In this document: positions 60,565-64,000 of the stretch, piece after piece
How the letters are laid out: every line of letters starts with the position of its first letter
Numbering within the stretch: position 1 is the stretch's first letter
From: Paecilomyces variotii
Lineage: Eukaryota
Strand: one strand, 5' to 3'
Assembly: GCA_004022145.1 (NCBI GenBank)
Contig: RCNU01000005.1
DNA length: 64,000 bases
Program-made: the position numbers and the translations under genes
Notes under the pieces: model-generated
Seen by the model: the letters and a program-made list of their open reading frames with translations, nothing else
Databases searched by the model: none
What the model was told of the DNA's origin: nothing

Positions 60565-62849
60565 ATGTCCGCGATTAATGCCAACTTGGCTTCCAAGAAG
60601 CTCAACGTCCTGGTCTATTCTGGTTTGTTTTATCAAACACTCATCAGTATTAACTATCTAACGGTCATTTAGGCAATGGATCCACGGTGGAGTCCGTTCG
60701 GCATTGTCTTTACACTTTGCGGCGACTTCTAGCTTCAAATTATGCCGTCACCCCAGTCACCAGTGATATGATCATTAAGGAGCCATGGACCTCCAGCTGC
60801 GCGTTGTTCGTTATGCCTGGTGGTGCCGATCTGGGGTATTCCAGAGTACTTAATGGTGAGGGCAATAGAAGAATTTCCACCTTTGTCCAGACAGGGGGCG
60901 CCTACCTGGGATTTTGTGCCGGTGGCTATTACGGAACCAAGAGGTGCGAGTTTGAGGTTGGGGACAAGACCATGGAGGTCGTTGGTGAAAGAGAACTAGG
61001 TTTCTTCCCTGGGACTTGTCGAGGTTGTGCCTTTCCTGGTTTCGTCTATCACAGTGAAGCGGGAGCTCGCGCGGCCGAGTTGAAGGTCTCAAAAACGGCC
61101 CTAAGCACTGGCACCGTCCCTGACGTGTTCCGGTCGTATTACAACGGAGGAGGCGTATTTGTGGATGCGCCTCTGTACGCTGATAGAGGAGTTGAAGTTT
61201 TGGCTAGCTACTCCGAGGAGCTTAACGTAGATCCGGGAGAGGGAGCAGCAGCGGTAGTGTACTGCAAAGTTGGCGAGGGAGCGGCGATATTGACAGGGCC
61301 TCATCCAGAGTTCGTATGACCTACCTGAATTAATCATGTGGTAACTGACATTTGGCAGGTTTGCGGCCGTGAATCTAGACAAAAAGGCGGGCGGGCCTGA
61401 GTATGCTAAAGTAGTTGATGCTCTGGCGGAAGATGACAAGGCTCGAACAGACTTTCTGAAAGCATGCCTTGCGAAGTTAGGCCTTCAGGTCACTCAGGAG
61501 ACAACAACAGTTCCATCATTATCAACTCTTCATTTGTCCGCGCTTCGTTCCGAAGATACTAGTGAGCTCTTATCGTCTCTGAGAGAGAGCATCACCCAGG
61601 AAGACGGACGGGAATATCTGAAGGATGAGAACGATACGTTCTTCATTGAAGCTCCCAATGTCTGGAAGATGGGAAAGCTGGAAGAATCGCTTCCAGAAGT
61701 CGAAAAGAAAGAGGAAGCGAAAGAAGAGCCCGCAGAGCTTGTAGAAGGCATCATCGATTACAACAAAATCGTCAAGCATGTCGTTGTTCACGACGAACTT
61801 CCGTCTTCAAAGGCCACGCCTTATTTCAACCACTACGCCTTCTTCAGCAATCTGCAGCACTACCGGTCAAAGTCTTCAGAACCTCTCTCGGAATTTGGTT
61901 CTCAGATCCTGTACGGAGAGGTCATCACAAGCACGAGCACCATACTCGAAAAGTGAGCTTATCTTCCTGTCTTAATTCTTTGTGGAAATCACTGACAAGC
62001 GAAAGGAATCCAAAACTTCTTAACCACTTGCCCACTGGTTTTACTGCTACTGCCACAGTTCAAATCGCGGGCAGGGGTCGAGGTTCAAATGTCTGGGTCT
62101 CGCCAGCCGGAGCACTCATATTCTCTACAGTGATACGTCACCCAATAGAGAAGGTTCAGTCAGCACCAATCGTTCTCATCCAGTATCTGGCAGCTATGGC
62201 TGTGGTAAAAGGAATCAAGAGCTATGATAAGGGTTATGAAGATATGCCAGTTAAGCTAAAATGGCCCAACGACATCTGTAAGCCTTTTCCTTATATTTAT
62301 CTACATTCTCCGTTGCTTGTATTCTAATGATTCCTCCCTTCATCAGATGCTCTAGACCCGGAGCGTGCAGACGAAAAACGCTACACGAAGATCTGCGGTA
62401 TTCTTGTCAACTCCCACTACACTTCTAAAGAGTACATTGCCGTCGTGGGTATCGGCCTGAACGCAACCAACGCGTCACCGACCACCTCGCTGAATGCTGT
62501 GGTGGATCACTTCTTGAAGAGTCGGAAAGCGGAACCTATCACTCTAGAGAAACTTCTTGCTCGCATCCTCACTGTGTTCGAAGAGCTCTACGCCCGCTTC
62601 CTGCGCGTGGGCTTCGACAAGACGTTTGAAGATATGTATTACAGTGATTGGTTGCACATGAATCAGATCGTGACGCTTGAGGAAGAAGGTGGCGCTCGAG
62701 CCCGGATCAAGGGAATTACAAGGGATTATGGATTGTTGCTCGCAGAGGAGCTTGGTTGGCAGGACCGGCCCACGGGAAGGGTGTGGCAGTTGCAGAGCGA
62801 CAGTAACAGCTTTGATTTCTTCAGAGGGTTGGTCAAAAGGAAGGTCTGA
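60565..62849 (+). CDS. bpl1: Biotin--protein ligase (holocarboxylase synthetase)
   Basis: BPL_N domain (LNVLVYSG, MPGGADL, YLGFCAGGYYG, GPHPEF), QIAGRGRGSNVWVSP, KWPNDI, KICGIL and SNSFDFFRGL. Five exons. Confidence 0.95.
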
Positions 62850-63286
62850 GCTTCTTCCTCAATCTAAGCTTCAATATCTGGTATATAGTTACACATATAT
62901 ATCTTGAAGGGGATACGTGGGTACCTTAGTGTCCGAACTACAAGGACAAGCTGTAATTGTCTCTCTATCATACGTAGTTCCGCAGTGATTTCTTGACTTT
63001 GAGAGAATAATATGTCGATGGCGGTTGCCTATTTAACCGACTCCTTTTGCTTTACGGAATTCTCCGCTCATGTACCTTTCCTAAGGAAACTGGCCTTCGC
63101 TGTTGCCCGGTGTTTCTGACGTAAACTACCAGCTAATACATGGTAACAGAACTGACCGACACTAGAAAAAGGCGGGTTTTGTAGAGTTTAGGCTCCAAGA
63201 TCAGATCGTTTCCAACGAGTTCAACTGGGTATTTCTGTACATTCCCTTCAAACGTCAGATTCTTGATTCCTACTTCTATCTGTAAT

Positions 63287-63823
63287 ATGTCTTCTGCCTC
63301 CGCTCACGGGCCAACTAGGACCCCGATTACCGCGGATGACAGCATCGAGAATCTCCAGTCAAATAAACTCCTCTGGTACAAGATCCACGTCTTTCTTTAT
63401 GACCTGCGACATTTCCAAGAGGAAGCTTCTCAAGCACGTCTCGACAGTGTCATAGATAGCTCATATCTCTGTTCGCCGTATTTCACCTCAGAGGAGGTGA
63501 CTCAACTAAAAGCGACGAAACTCCAAGATACGAAGTCTCTCGGTGCTCTTATTGAAGAAACTCTTAACGAACGGTTGGAACGTCGGGTGAAAAGACAAAT
63601 CGGAAGTGGTGATTTTCGTGTCTGCGCCGCCCATGATCTTGCACCTATATTCGAGAGAGCGTTTCACATAAAGCCGAAAGACCTCGAACGTGATCGTATC
63701 CTGCTAGACTTGATAAAACAATCTGGATTGACACCAAATGAGGAAGAATTAAAATTGTGGCAGGAAGTGAATAAGAAGCGCAATAAACATGCTCGTGGAA
63801 TTGGCAAAAAGAAGAAGACGTAA
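63287..63823 (+). CDS. Fungal hypothetical protein with a basic (NLS-like) C-terminus
   Basis: 178-aa intronless ORF from the ATG at 63287 with globular-looking sequence (LWYKIHVFLYDL, PYFTSEEV, DFRVCAAHDLAPIFERAF) and a KKRNKHARGIGKKKKT tail. Confidence 0.7.
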   Translation: MSSASAHGPTRTPITADDSIENLQSNKLLWYKIHVFLYDLRHFQEEASQARLDSVIDSSYLCSPYFTSEEVTQLKATKLQDTKSLGALIEETLNERLERRVKRQIGSGDFRVCAAHDLAPIFERAFHIKPKDLERDRILLDLIKQSGLTPNEEELKLWQEVNKKRNKHARGIGKKKKT

Positions 63824-64000
63824 CCGAAGGCGACCAGCCTGCGAAATGGGAAGAAGACAATTTACTTCCATGGGTTGGCCAGTATTCCACTTTGTTAAAG
63901 TATAACTTCTCATTCAATGGCTCATTCACGGCAGGGCTTCCCCCTCATTCACAAAGGTCTGGAGAATCTAAAAGTCGTCGATTCACATCTCTTATTTCAT

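Overview
This is eukaryotic, intron-containing DNA from a filamentous ascomycete, most consistent with Eurotiales (Aspergillus/Paecilomyces/Talaromyces-like). That placement rests on GT-AG introns of about 50-160 nt with CTRAY branch sites and on the gene set. About 21 protein-coding genes are supportable. Housekeeping genes: ddi1, gvp36, vma9, arv1, arg2, mgm101, bpl1, an EF-hand MscS channel and a transmembrane RING-H2 ligase. Accessory genes: an amidase running off the left edge, a TauD dioxygenase, an intronless LaeA-like methyltransferase, a fasciclin protein, an SDR and an MpaB/DUF2236 oxygenase. There is also a block of Zn2Cys6 TF + FAD monooxygenase + PhyH dioxygenase + degenerate NACHT-like gene. 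No tRNA, rRNA, CRISPR array or intact transposon was seen. The most notable observations are: (1) a backbone-less regulator/oxygenase mini-cluster with CGG inverted repeats in its promoters, next to a NACHT-like protein whose Walker motifs are dead; (2) a frameshifted pseudogene of a fungal PD-(D/E)XK/Uma2-like family that the ORF track misses; (3) a ddi1 start codon split by an intron; (4) an intronless copy of a normally intron-rich methyltransferase family; (5) introns whose retention would give alternative proteins. All family calls come from motif recognition by eye and no database search was run.
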